Shown one piece after another: positions 1 through 9,618 of a DNA stretch of 58,807 bases; positions within the stretch are counted from its first letter, which is position 1; each line of letters starts with the position of its first letter. The position numbers were made by a program, and so were the translations under genes. Origin of the DNA: Planctomycetota bacterium (GTDB lineage Bacteria; Planctomycetota; B15-G4; SIAN01); the NCBI GenBank assembly GCA_031409275.1, contig JANNXA010000052.1, forward strand, positions 1-58,807. The letters run 5' to 3'. The notes under the pieces are model-generated. The model was not told the origin of the DNA and did not search any database. It saw only the letters and a list, made by a program, of their open reading frames with translations.

Positions 1-198
1 CTGCAGCCGCTGCGAAGCCTGCAGCCGCTGCGAAGCCTGCAGCCGCTGCGAAGCCTGCAGCCGCTGCGAAGCCTGCAGCCGCTGCGAAGCCTGCGGCAGC
101 TGCGAAGCCTGCAGCCGCTGCGAAGCCTGCGGCGGCTGCGAAGCCTGCAGCCGCTGCGAAGCCTGCGGCGGCTGCGAAGGCTGCCGCTGCAGTGAAGC
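1..198 (+). repeat. 18-bp coding tandem repeat (CTGCAGCCGCTGCGAAGC), about 10 units plus one degenerate, encoding (K-P-A-A-A-A)n; runs off the 5' edge
   Basis: Units seen at 1-18, 19-36 and so on to 163-180, with mostly synonymous variants; stop-free and in frame with the ORF ending at 1016. Confidence 0.95.
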
Positions 199-1016
199 CG
201 AAGAGCGACGGAGCCGCTGCGCCCAAGAGCGAGGCCTTCAAGGCCGCGCTCGCGCAGGCGCTGCGTGACAAACAGGCCGCGCGTGAAAAACAGGGGCTCG
301 GCGACAAGCCGGGCGCGAAGCAGAAGTCCGCCGGCGAATCCCAGAGTCCAAAGCAACCGCCGTCGAAGTCCTCTAAGAACCGCCCGGAGAAGCTCAACGT
401 GAAGGATGGCGGCGCGGAGGAAAAGGGCGCAGGCGGCGCGAAGGCGAAGGGCAAGTCCGCCAGCAAGGTCGCAAAAGCGCCGAAAGCCCCGGAAGTGCCG
501 GCCGAGCCGCCGCGCAAGATCCAGGTGATGCAAGTCTCCACGCTGAAGGCTGGAGCGAAGGGCAGCCGCGCGACCATCGTGCGCGCTGAGGCGGTCGTCG
601 ACGACAAGCCGGCCGTCGTGAACGCTGACGCCGGCGGGAAGAAGCGCCGTTCGGCCGAGCTGACCATCCAGCAGCTCGACCACTTCCGCGAACTGCTGCA
701 GCAGCGCCGCGTGCGGCTCGCTTCCGACCTCAACATGATGCAGGACGAGGCGCTCAAGGTGACCGCGCAGGACAACTCGTCCGACAGCGTCGCCGACACC
801 GGCACCGACAACTACGAGCAGGACTTCACGCTCGGCCTGATCGAGACCGAAGCGGAGCTGGCGCGCGAAGTGGACGACGCGCTGATCCGTTGCGATCAGG
901 GCGCGTTCGGCATCTGCGAAACGTGCCAGACCCCGATCCCGCTCGCTCGGCTCGAGATCCTGCCGTTCGCTCGCCTTTGCGTGAACTGCCAGCAGACGCA
1001 CGAAGGGGCGAGCTGA
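3..1016 (+). CDS. DksA/TraR-family C4 zinc-finger transcription factor with a long Lys/Ala/Pro-rich N-terminal region (5'-partial)
   Basis: C-terminal FGICETC...RLEILPFARLCVNC zinc finger preceded by a coiled coil (VADTGTDNYEQ); frame open from the window start; sits next to lspA as is common for this family. Confidence 0.85.
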   Translation, partial: AAAAKPAAAAKPAAAAKPAAAAKPAAAAKPAAAAKPAAAAKPAAAAKPAAAAKPAAAAKAAAAVKPKSDGAAAPKSEAFKAALAQALRDKQAAREKQGLGDKPGAKQKSAGESQSPKQPPSKSSKNRPEKLNVKDGGAEEKGAGGAKAKGKSASKVAKAPKAPEVPAEPPRKIQVMQVSTLKAGAKGSRATIVRAEAVVDDKPAVVNADAGGKKRRSAELTIQQLDHFRELLQQRRVRLASDLNMMQDEALKVTAQDNSSDSVADTGTDNYEQDFTLGLIETEAELAREVDDALIRCDQGAFGICETCQTPIPLARLEILPFARLCVNCQQTHEGAS

Positions 1017-1023
1017 GTCGCCA

Positions 1024-1644
1024 GTGGCGGCCGCGGAACCGATGGCCGCCGCGACGCCACCCCCGGCTTCGGATGTCGATGCCGCTCCGCGTGGCGGTAC
1101 CTGGCGTTCCAGCCTGTTCTGGATGACGGCGCTGCTGATCGTGGTGCTCGATCTCTGGTCGAAGCACGCGGTCTTTGCCTGGCTCGAAGTCGATCCGTTG
1201 CGCTACGCGACGATCGAGGACTTCTGGCGACTGGCGCCGCGCCGAAAAGAGCCGATCGCGGGCGAGTGGCTCCGATTCGTCACCATGCTCAACCCCGGGA
1301 TGATGTGGGGCGCGTTCCAGGACTACCCGCACGTGCTCAAGGTGGTGCGTCCGCTCGCCGTCCTGGTGATCTTCTTCCTGCTGAGCAGCCTCCCCGCCGA
1401 GCAACGCGGCGCGCGCGTCGCGCTGGGCGCGATCCTGGGCGGCGCGGTGGGCAACATCTGGGACTCCTTCCGCTACCTCGGCGTGCGCGACTTCATCGAA
1501 GTGCACCTGAACGGTGTTCCGCTCTGCCAACCCTTCCCGGCCTTCAACGTCGCCGACTCGGCCATCTGCGTCGGCGTAGCCGTGCTCGCGCTTGGCATGA
1601 TGCGCGGCGGAAAGGCGTCGAGCTCGCCGACGGCGGCGACCTGA
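1024..1644 (+). CDS. lspA: Lipoprotein signal peptidase II
   Basis: Motifs DLWSK, NPGMMWG, GNIWD, VRDFI and FNVADSAI with hydrophobic segments; alternative start ATG 1042. Confidence 0.92.
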   Translation: MAAAEPMAAATPPPASDVDAAPRGGTWRSSLFWMTALLIVVLDLWSKHAVFAWLEVDPLRYATIEDFWRLAPRRKEPIAGEWLRFVTMLNPGMMWGAFQDYPHVLKVVRPLAVLVIFFLLSSLPAEQRGARVALGAILGGAVGNIWDSFRYLGVRDFIEVHLNGVPLCQPFPAFNVADSAICVGVAVLALGMMRGGKASSSPTAAT

Positions 1645-1666
1645 CGCCCGGCGAGGGAGCGATCGA

Positions 1667-2611
1667 GTGGCCACGCTCGGGACGGCGGTCGGTGGGCTTT
1701 CACTCGCGAATCCGCTTTGGTCCGCTTCGGGCACGTTCGGCCACGAAGACGAGATGGCGAGCTGGATCGACCTGCGCGAGCCGGGCGCGGTGGTGCTGAA
1801 GACCGTCACCCTGCACCCACGGCGTGGCAATCCTCCGCCGCGCATCGTCGAAGTCGCGGGCGGGATCTTGAATTCGATCGGGCTGCCCAACGAAGGCATC
1901 GATCACCTGGTCGCCGTCACCTTGCCGCGCTTGCGCGGACGCACCACCGCGCTGGTGGTCAACGTCGCGGGCGAGCGCGTCCCCGAGTTCGAAGTGATCG
2001 GCGCGAAGCTCGCCGCGGCGCTGCAGACGGACCCCACCGCTTTTCAGGCGGTCGAGCTGAACCTCAGCTGCCCCAACGTCGAGTCGGGCTTCCCGTTCGC
2101 CAAGAGCCCGGAACTCGCCGAGCAGTGCGTTCGCTTCGTTCGCCGCCAGGTCGCGCTGCCGCTCTTCGCGAAGCTCGCCCCCAACGTCGCCGACATCGCC
2201 GAGATCGCGCTCGCCTGCAAGGCGGGCGGCGCCGACGGCTTGACGCTCTCCAACACGGCGCTCGGACTCGCGCTCGACTGGCGCACCGGCAAGCCGCGGC
2301 TCGGTGGCGGCCATGGCGGTTTCTCCGGACCGGCGCTCAAGCCGCAGGCGATGTACCTCGTCTACACGGCGTACCGCAAGACGGGGTTGCCGATCGTCGC
2401 CGCCGGCGGCATCGAGTGCGCCGAGGACGTCATGGAGTTCCTCGCCGCTGGTGCGCGCGCCGTTCAGGTCGGCACCGCCACGTTCCGCAATCCGTTCGCC
2501 TTGCGCGACATCGCGGCGCGCCTGCCCGCACTGCTCGACGAGGCGGGCGCCGCATCGCCAGCCGACCACGTCGGCCGTGCTCATCGCGTCGCGAGCGGGG
2601 CGAAGGCGTGA
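1667..2611 (+). CDS. pyrD: Dihydroorotate dehydrogenase, family 1B catalytic subunit
   Basis: ASGTFG, GNPPPRI, LNSIGLPNEG, ELNLSCPN, KLAPNV, GGFSGPALKP and AVQVGTA motifs. Confidence 0.92.
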   Translation: MATLGTAVGGLSLANPLWSASGTFGHEDEMASWIDLREPGAVVLKTVTLHPRRGNPPPRIVEVAGGILNSIGLPNEGIDHLVAVTLPRLRGRTTALVVNVAGERVPEFEVIGAKLAAALQTDPTAFQAVELNLSCPNVESGFPFAKSPELAEQCVRFVRRQVALPLFAKLAPNVADIAEIALACKAGGADGLTLSNTALGLALDWRTGKPRLGGGHGGFSGPALKPQAMYLVYTAYRKTGLPIVAAGGIECAEDVMEFLAAGARAVQVGTATFRNPFALRDIAARLPALLDEAGAASPADHVGRAHRVASGAKA

Positions 2612-3495
2612 AGCTCTCCGAGTTTCCAGCCTCGGCGGTGAAGCGTGCGATCGAGATCTACCTCGAAGTGGCGTGGGGGAAGTCGGAAGTCGCGGCGCGC
2701 ATGCCGAGGTTGCCGCCGATCGAGGGGCGGTCGGTCGAAGTGCTGCTCGCGCCGGAGCTCGGCCTCTTCAAGCACGAACCGCCCAAGCGCGTCGAGCCAC
2801 TCGACCCCGATCTTCCGCCGGAGAAGCAGAAGACGCAGCCGCTCGAGCGTCTGGTCGACCAGTACCTGCTGCAGCTTGGCAACCCGCGATTCCCGCTGAT
2901 GAAGCTCGTGCTCGGTGAGCAGCTGATCATGGGCGAGTACTTCCTGCAGGTCGACACGCACGAGTGGATGTTCGAACCCGATCCGCGCGATCGCGACGAA
3001 GTGCGCCAGTTCGCCGAGCTGCAGGCTTACAACGCGAAGTTGAAGCAGCAGATCGAGGAGCGCTGGAACGGCGAGGGGTTGCCGACGTTGCTCGACCTCG
3101 TCACGCACCTGACCGAGGGACAGCGCTGCGCGGTCCGGCGCCGCGAGAAGCGGATCCTGGTCGTCGACGATGACCGCTTCGCGGGCGAGACGCTCGCCGC
3201 CTTCCTCGGCTCGCGCGGCTTCGATGTCGACCTCGAGCGTGATGGGGAGGCGGGCCTCGTCGCCGCCGATCCCGATCGCCACCAACTCATCATCCTCGAC
3301 TGCGACATGCCGAAGCTCACCGGGCAGCAGGTGTGCGCCCGGCTTCAGCTCGATCCGCGCCGGTCGGCGATCCCGGTCCTTTTGTCCAGCTTGCGGCCTC
3401 TGGGCGACAAACCGCCGGCGGGGGCGAAGGCGTTCCTCATCAAGCCGTTCCAGGCCGACGTGCTGCTCTACTTCATCGAGGCGTTGGTGCGCTGA
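2608..3495 (+). CDS. Protein with an uncharacterised N-terminal domain and a C-terminal response-regulator receiver domain
   Basis: GTG start overlaps the pyrD stop (GTGA); REC motifs ILVVDDD, LIILDCDMP and FLIKPF. Confidence 0.8.
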   Translation: MKLSEFPASAVKRAIEIYLEVAWGKSEVAARMPRLPPIEGRSVEVLLAPELGLFKHEPPKRVEPLDPDLPPEKQKTQPLERLVDQYLLQLGNPRFPLMKLVLGEQLIMGEYFLQVDTHEWMFEPDPRDRDEVRQFAELQAYNAKLKQQIEERWNGEGLPTLLDLVTHLTEGQRCAVRRREKRILVVDDDRFAGETLAAFLGSRGFDVDLERDGEAGLVAADPDRHQLIILDCDMPKLTGQQVCARLQLDPRRSAIPVLLSSLRPLGDKPPAGAKAFLIKPFQADVLLYFIEALVR

Positions 3496-3649
3496 TTGCT
3501 GGCGAGCGGCGTTGCGCCGAGTTGACGCTCTCGCGCAGCGGCGTTAACACTCGCGATCCAAATTGCGCCGCCCCTGCAGCTCGCGGGGCGACGCCGGCCG
3601 CTTCCACCCCCCGGAGCCGCGCCGGACCCGGCGGGAGGCAGGACGGCCC

Positions 3650-6600
3650 ATGGGCGACACCGACAAAGTCAGCAAGGACGTCGAGTTCATCGAGCGTTTC
3701 GGACGCTGGGTCGGCGAGAAGTTCGAGGTCCTCGGTGAGCGTTCCGGCGGCGTGCTGCGCAAGGTGTTTCGTTCGCGCAACTCGCGGCTGCTCGACAGCT
3801 ACCGCGCCACGGTGAAGCGCGTCGATGCGATCGCCCCGACGGTCGAGGCGCGCTCGCAGGCGGAGATGCAGGCGCAGACCGCCGCCTGGAAGGCGCGCCT
3901 CAAGGACAAGCCGCGCGAGGAGCAGGCGAAGATCCTGGGCGAGATCCTGCCGGAGGCGTTCGCGCAGGTTCGCGAGGCCTCGAAGCGCACGATCGGGCTG
4001 CGCCACTTCGACGTCCAGCTGATCGGCGGTGTCGTCCTCCACGAAGGTCGCATCGCCGAGATGTCGACCGGCGAAGGCAAGACGCTGGTCTCGACCTGCC
4101 CGGCCTACCTGAACGCGCTGGCCGGCCGCGGCTGCTACATCGTCACCGTCAACGACTACCTCGCGCGCCGCGACTCCGACTGGATGCGGCCGGTGCACGC
4201 CTACCTCGGGTTGACGGTGGGCTGCATCCAGAGCCAGATGGATCCGACCGCGCGTCTGGCCGAGTACGCCTGCGACATCGTCTACGGCACCAACAGCGAG
4301 TTCGGCTTCGATTACCTGCGCGACCACATGAAGTCGCGCGCCGAGCTGCAGGTCCAGAAGCAGCTGAACTACGCGATCATCGACGAAGTCGACTCGATCC
4401 TCGTCGACGAGGCGCGCACGCCGCTGATCATCTCCGGCATGCCGGAGCAGTCGACCCGCAAGTACTACATCGCGGACGGGGTCGCGCGCCGGCTGAAGAA
4501 GGACACCCACTTCGAGGTGAAGGAGAAGGAGCACGGCGTCATCCTGACCGATGACGGAATCGAGGAGGCGCAGCGCCTCGTCGGCGTGCCGACCTTCTAC
4601 GACGGGCCGCACATGGACTGGCCGCACCACATCGAGTGCGCGCTCAAGGCCCACAACCTCTACAAGCTCGACGTGCACTACGTGAAGCGGCCAGGCGAAG
4701 ACGGCGCGCTCGAGATCGTCATCGTCGACGAGTTCACCGGCCGCATGCAGCAGGGGCGGCGCTGGTCGGACGGCCTGCATCAGGCGGTGGAGGCGAAGGA
4801 AGGGATCCGCATCCGCGAGGAGAACCAGACCCTCGCGACGATCACCTACCAGAACTACTTCAAGCTCTACTCGAAGATCGCCGGCATGACCGGCACCGCC
4901 ATCACCGAGGCGGCCGAGTTCAGCAAGATCTACAACCTCGACGTCGTCCAGATCCCGACCAACCGCAAGAACGTCCGCGTCGACAACGACGACATCATCT
5001 ATCGCTCGCAGAAGGAGAAGTTCCCCTACGTCGTCGCCGAGATCGTCGAGCAGCATCGCCTCGGTCGCCCTGCGCTGGTCGGCACCGTCAGCATCGAGAA
5101 GTCGGAGCTGCTGTCGCGCTACCTCTCCGACCCGCAGCTGATGGCCGATGTCGTGCTGCGTCGCGCCAAGCACGCCGAGAGCGCGCTTCCCAAGGCGAAG
5201 CTGCCCGAGGACTTCAAGCAGGAGCTCACGAAGGCGCTGGCCCAGCCCGCGCGACTCGATGGCAAGGCGGCTCGCGAACTCGCCGACAAGGTGATGGAGC
5301 TGGCGCCGAAGGCGGACCTCGCGTTCTGGATCGAAGGCGTCGCCAAGGCCGCCGACTCGCGTGACGCGATCAAGGCGGGCGTCCCGCACAACGTGTTGAA
5401 CGCGAAGTTCCACGAGCGCGAGGCCGAGATCATCGCGCAGGCCGGCCGCTTCGGCGCGGTGACCATCGCCACCAACATGGCGGGCCGCGGCACCGACATC
5501 CTGCTCGGCGGCAATCCCGAGTACCTCGCGCGCACCGAAGTGCGCAAGATCGGCGCGCCCGAGCGCTACGAAGAGCTGCTCACGCAGTTCAAGCAGCAGT
5601 GCGAGACGGAGAAGCAGCGAGTCATCGCCGCGGGCGGCCTGCACGTGCTCGGCACCGAGCGCCACGAGGCGCGCCGCATCGACAACCAGCTGCGCGGCCG
5701 TTGCGCGCGCCAGGGCGATCCCGGCAGCTCGCGCTTCTACTTGTCGCTCGAAGACGACTTGATGCGCGTGTTCGCCAGCGACCGCGTGCAGCGCATCCTC
5801 GAACTGGTCGGCATGACCGAGGATGTCGACATCCAGAGCGGCATGGTGTCGCGCTCGATTCGCCGCGCTCAGAAGCGCATCGAGGGCCGCAACTTCGACA
5901 TCCGCAAGAACCTCCTCGATTACGACGAGGTGATGGACAAGCAGCGGCGCACTGTCTACGGCCTGCGCCAGGAGGTGCTCGAAGGAGCGAACTGCCGCGA
6001 GCGGGTGCTCGAGATGGCGGGGGAGTGCATCGGGCGCACCGTGGCGACCTACATCGGCGAGAAGCCCGAGGCCGCGCAGTACGCCGATGCAGCGCAGGCG
6101 ATCAACTCGAAGATCGGCACCAAGGTCGACGGAGCCGCCTTCTTCGGCCGCGAACGCGAGGAGCTCGAGGAGTCGCTCGTCGAGGCGGCCAATCGCCTCT
6201 ACGACGAGCGCGAGGCGGAGCTCACGCCCGACATGATGCGGCGGCTCGAGCGCTACCTGCTGCTGAACGTGATCGACACCAAGTGGAAGGACCACTTGAT
6301 CAACCTTGATGCGCTGCGTTCGGGCATCGGGCTGCGCAGCTACGGGCAGATCGACCCGAAGAACGAATACAAGAAGGAGAGCTTCCGGATGTTCGAGGAG
6401 ATGCTCGCCTCCATTGGAGACGAGGTCCTCACGCTCCTCTATCGACTGAAGCCCGCGGCTGCGCCCGAAGCCGCGCCCGCCGGCGCGCGCACGGTGACCG
6501 CGGGTGCGGTGGCGAGTCCCGCCGCGAGCGCTCCGGGTCTGATGGCGCCGCCGTCCGGCTCGCCTGCTGGGACGCCGCCTGCTGCCGCGCCAGCCGCGAC

Positions 6601-6844
6601 GCCGGCGAGCGCCTCGCCCGCGGCTCCGCGCTTCAACGTGCCACCCGAGCTCGGCCGTCCCGCCATCGTGCCGCAGCGCGCGCTGGCCATGCCGCCGAGC
6701 CCGACCCCGGGTGGCGGTCCGGCGAAGGCGCCGCCGAAGCCTGCTGCCGCACGCAATCCCGCCTACGCCAACGTCGGTCGCAACGATGCCTGCCCGTGCG
6801 GGAGCGGTCAGAAGTTCAAGAAGTGCCACGGCGCCGGCGCGTGA
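3650..6844 (+). CDS. secA: Preprotein translocase ATPase SecA
   Basis: EMSTGEGKT, VTVNDYLARRD, IIDEVDSILVDEARTPLIISG, IATNMAGRGTDI, RRIDNQLRGR and C-terminal SEC-C GRNDACPCGSGQKFKKCHG; ATG 3650 follows GGAGG/AGGA. Confidence 0.97.
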   Translation: MGDTDKVSKDVEFIERFGRWVGEKFEVLGERSGGVLRKVFRSRNSRLLDSYRATVKRVDAIAPTVEARSQAEMQAQTAAWKARLKDKPREEQAKILGEILPEAFAQVREASKRTIGLRHFDVQLIGGVVLHEGRIAEMSTGEGKTLVSTCPAYLNALAGRGCYIVTVNDYLARRDSDWMRPVHAYLGLTVGCIQSQMDPTARLAEYACDIVYGTNSEFGFDYLRDHMKSRAELQVQKQLNYAIIDEVDSILVDEARTPLIISGMPEQSTRKYYIADGVARRLKKDTHFEVKEKEHGVILTDDGIEEAQRLVGVPTFYDGPHMDWPHHIECALKAHNLYKLDVHYVKRPGEDGALEIVIVDEFTGRMQQGRRWSDGLHQAVEAKEGIRIREENQTLATITYQNYFKLYSKIAGMTGTAITEAAEFSKIYNLDVVQIPTNRKNVRVDNDDIIYRSQKEKFPYVVAEIVEQHRLGRPALVGTVSIEKSELLSRYLSDPQLMADVVLRRAKHAESALPKAKLPEDFKQELTKALAQPARLDGKAARELADKVMELAPKADLAFWIEGVAKAADSRDAIKAGVPHNVLNAKFHEREAEIIAQAGRFGAVTIATNMAGRGTDILLGGNPEYLARTEVRKIGAPERYEELLTQFKQQCETEKQRVIAAGGLHVLGTERHEARRIDNQLRGRCARQGDPGSSRFYLSLEDDLMRVFASDRVQRILELVGMTEDVDIQSGMVSRSIRRAQKRIEGRNFDIRKNLLDYDEVMDKQRRTVYGLRQEVLEGANCRERVLEMAGECIGRTVATYIGEKPEAAQYADAAQAINSKIGTKVDGAAFFGREREELEESLVEAANRLYDEREAELTPDMMRRLERYLLLNVIDTKWKDHLINLDALRSGIGLRSYGQIDPKNEYKKESFRMFEEMLASIGDEVLTLLYRLKPAAAPEAAPAGARTVTAGAVASPAASAPGLMAPPSGSPAGTPPAAAPAATPASASPAAPRFNVPPELGRPAIVPQRALAMPPSPTPGGGPAKAPPKPAAARNPAYANVGRNDACPCGSGQKFKKCHGAGA

Positions 6845-6860
6845 GCACGGCCGCCCCGCG

Positions 6861-8180
6861 GTGAGTGTCGCGCGCCGCTCGCCGCTGTTCCTGTTCCTGC
6901 TGCACGCGCTCTACGACGGGCTGTTCCTGCTGTTCCTGCTCGTCACGGCGCCGTGGTTTGCGCTGCGCGCCTTCAAGGATCGCGGCCTGCGCGAATCGAT
7001 CGCGGGACGCTTCGGCTTCGGGCCGCGCCGCGAAGGCGCGCGACCGTGCGTGTGGATCCACGGCGTCTCGGTCGGCGAGATCAAGGCGGCGCGTCTGCTC
7101 GTGCTGCGGTTGGAGGCGGCGCGCCCCGACCATGAGATCGTGGTGAGCTCCACGACCTCGGCGGGATTCGCGTTGGCGAAGCAGCTGTTCCCGCAGTTGT
7201 TGGTGATCCAGTTCCCGCTCGACCCGCGCTGGATCGTCCGGCGCGTGCTCGATCGCCTGCGCCCCGCGCTGATCGTCCTGGTGGAACTGGAGATCTGGCC
7301 GAACCTGATGGCCGAGGCGCATCGGCGCTCGATTCCCGTCGCGGTCGTGAACGGCCGGGTCTCGTCGCGCTCGTTCCGCGGCTATCGGCTCCTGTCGCGG
7401 CTGCTGCCGCAGTTCGAGCTGATCCGTCGCTACGCGGTCCAGAACGAGGAGTACGCGCAGCGACTGCGCGCGCTCGGAGTTCCCGACGCGCAGGTCGAGG
7501 TGACCGGCAACCTGAAGTACGACACGCTGCGGACCGAGCTGCCGTCCGAACTGCTGGCGACGACGCGCCGCTCGCTCGGGATCGCGGACGGAACTCCGCT
7601 GGTCGTAGCGGGAAGCACTCATGCGGGCGAGGAGGAGTTGTTCCTCCAGGAACTGCCGGCGTGGGAGCGCGCCGTGCCCGGCACTCGCCTGCTGCTGGCG
7701 CCGCGGCACGTCGAGCGCATTGGCGAGGTGGTGCGTGCCATCGAGCGCGCCGGCCGCCGGCCGGCCCGCCTGACCGAGTTGCGGCTGAACGCGACGCCGC
7801 CGCCGACCGACGCGATCCTGGTTGCCGACACCATCGGCGAGCTCGAACTCTTCTACGCTCTGGCGCGGGTGGCCTTCGTCGGCGGCAGCCTGGTTCCGCG
7901 CGGTGGCCACAACATGCTCGAACCGGCGGCGCTCGGCGTGGCGACGCTCTACGGCCCGTCGACCGAGAACTTCCGCGCCGAGGTCGAGTTGCTGACCCGC
8001 CATGCAGGCGGCGAGCGAGTTGCGGGCCGGGTCGAACTGGCGGCGGCGGTGCAGCGTCTCCTCGTCGATCGCGCCGCGGCGCAGGCGTTGGGCGAGCGCG
8101 GGCGTCAGGCGGTGGCGTCGATCCGTGGCGGGACCGCGCGCTGCCTCGATGTGCTGCTCGGGCTGCTGTCCACAGGCTGA
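6861..8180 (+). CDS. waaA: 3-deoxy-D-manno-octulosonic acid (Kdo) transferase
   Basis: WIHGVSVGE, ELEIWPNL, VNGRVS, TGNLKYD, AGSTHAGEE and FVGGSL..GGHNMLEPA; the start codon is approximate. Confidence 0.92.
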   Translation: MSVARRSPLFLFLLHALYDGLFLLFLLVTAPWFALRAFKDRGLRESIAGRFGFGPRREGARPCVWIHGVSVGEIKAARLLVLRLEAARPDHEIVVSSTTSAGFALAKQLFPQLLVIQFPLDPRWIVRRVLDRLRPALIVLVELEIWPNLMAEAHRRSIPVAVVNGRVSSRSFRGYRLLSRLLPQFELIRRYAVQNEEYAQRLRALGVPDAQVEVTGNLKYDTLRTELPSELLATTRRSLGIADGTPLVVAGSTHAGEEELFLQELPAWERAVPGTRLLLAPRHVERIGEVVRAIERAGRRPARLTELRLNATPPPTDAILVADTIGELELFYALARVAFVGGSLVPRGGHNMLEPAALGVATLYGPSTENFRAEVELLTRHAGGERVAGRVELAAAVQRLLVDRAAAQALGERGRQAVASIRGGTARCLDVLLGLLSTG

Positions 8181-8310
8181 CCCCAGGTCGAGGCGTTTCT
8201 GCCTTCAACGCGGCGCGACGGACGGCAGAATCTCGCCCCTTCGAAATCCCCAGTCCTGTCCGACAGGCGCGATTCCTGCGGCGGGCGCTAACGAGAGATC
8301 CTGATCCTCC

Positions 8311-9471
8311 ATGGCAAAGCGGACGCTCTTCACGTCGGAATCGGTGGCGATGGGCCACCCCGACAAGCTCGCCGACCAGATCTCCGACTCGATCCTCGAC
8401 GCCTGCCTTGCGCAGGATCCCTACTCGCGCGTGGCGTGCGAGACGTTGCTGACGACCGGACAGGTCGTCGTCGCCGGCGAACTCACGACGTCGGCGAAGG
8501 TCGACTACATGGAGGTCGCGCGCGAGACGCTGAAGAAGGTCGGCTACACCAACGAGGCGTACGGCATCAGCGGTGACACCTGTGGCGTCCTCATCGCGAT
8601 CCACAACCAATCGCCCGACATCGCGCAGGGCGTCGCGAAGGACCGCAAGGTGCACCTCGAGCAGGGCGCCGGCGATCAGGGGCTGATGTTCGGATTCGCG
8701 TGCGATGAGACGCCCGAGCTGATGCCGCTGCCGATCATGCTGGCGCATCGACTGATCGCGCGCCTCGCCGAGTTGCGCTTCTCGAAGAAGCTCAAGTACC
8801 TGCGCCCCGACGCGAAGAGCCAGGTGACGGTCGAGTACGACGGCAACACTCCGGTGCGGGTCGAGGCGGTCGTGATCTCCACCCAGCACGATCCCGACGT
8901 CGACGCCGACCGCATCCGCGCCGACATGATCAAGCACGTGATCAAGGCGGAGATCCCGAAGGCGCTGCTCGACGCGCAGACCAAGATCCACGTCAACCCG
9001 ACCGGCCGCTTCGTCATCGGTGGTCCGCAGGGCGACACCGGCGTCACCGGCCGCAAGATCATCGTCGACAGCTACGGCGGCATGGGGCGCCACGGTGGCG
9101 GCGCCTTCTCGGGCAAGGACCCGAGCAAGGTCGACCGCTCGGCCGCCTACGCGGCGCGCTGGGTGGCGAAGAACGTCGTCGCCGCCGGACTGGCGAGCCG
9201 CTGCGAAGTGCAGGTCGCCTACGCGATCGGCGTGGCGAAGCCCGTGTCGGTGCGCGTCGATACGTTTGGCACCGCCAAGGTCGATGAGGCGCAGATCGAG
9301 AAGGCCGTGGCCAAGCACTTCGATCTGCGGCCGGGCGCGATCATCCGCGACCTCGATCTGCTGAAGCCGATCTACTTCGAGACCGCGCGCCACGGCCACT
9401 TCGGGCGCAGCGAGTTCTCGTGGGAGAAGACCAACAAGGCGGCGGCGCTGCGCAAAGAGTGCGGGTTGTGA
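8311..9471 (+). CDS. metK: S-adenosylmethionine synthetase
   Basis: [33 protein letters not shown] and [17 protein letters not shown]. Confidence 0.98.
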   Translation: MAKRTLFTSESVAMGHPDKLADQISDSILDACLAQDPYSRVACETLLTTGQVVVAGELTTSAKVDYMEVARETLKKVGYTNEAYGISGDTCGVLIAIHNQSPDIAQGVAKDRKVHLEQGAGDQGLMFGFACDETPELMPLPIMLAHRLIARLAELRFSKKLKYLRPDAKSQVTVEYDGNTPVRVEAVVISTQHDPDVDADRIRADMIKHVIKAEIPKALLDAQTKIHVNPTGRFVIGGPQGDTGVTGRKIIVDSYGGMGRHGGGAFSGKDPSKVDRSAAYAARWVAKNVVAAGLASRCEVQVAYAIGVAKPVSVRVDTFGTAKVDEAQIEKAVAKHFDLRPGAIIRDLDLLKPIYFETARHGHFGRSEFSWEKTNKAAALRKECGL

Positions 9472-9618
9472 GCGAAGTCGCCCTCTAGAACCGCTCGCTG
9501 CGGTTACCGAGGGCGGCTAGCTCGGTATCGGAACCGGTGGATGGGCGGTAGCTTCCCGACCCGATCGTCCACTCGACCGCGTCGCCACCGCGGTCGTTCG
9601 CCGCCGCGAGGAGTTGCC

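Noticed and set aside
1..198. 18-bp repeat considered as a CRISPR array
   Set aside because: Units are contiguous with no spacers, vary mostly at synonymous positions, and no cas genes are present
3522..3551. Possible secA promoter TTGACG-N17-TAACAC
   Set aside because: Plausible, but the -10 lacks the conserved final T, so too weak to list as a feature
5126..5375. SecA insertion considered as an intein
   Set aside because: Too short and lacks the C-terminal His-Asn and following Cys/Ser/Thr
3473..6829. 1118-aa ORF antisense to secA
   Set aside because: Shadow ORF caused by strong GC3 codon bias on the coding strand; no recognisable motifs
7081..9399. Long antisense and alternate-frame ORFs over waaA/metK, and similar ones over sucCD, gspD/E and the 19368 gene
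   Set aside because: Fully overlap well-supported genes and translate to Arg/Ala/Gly-rich or mirror-codon sequence
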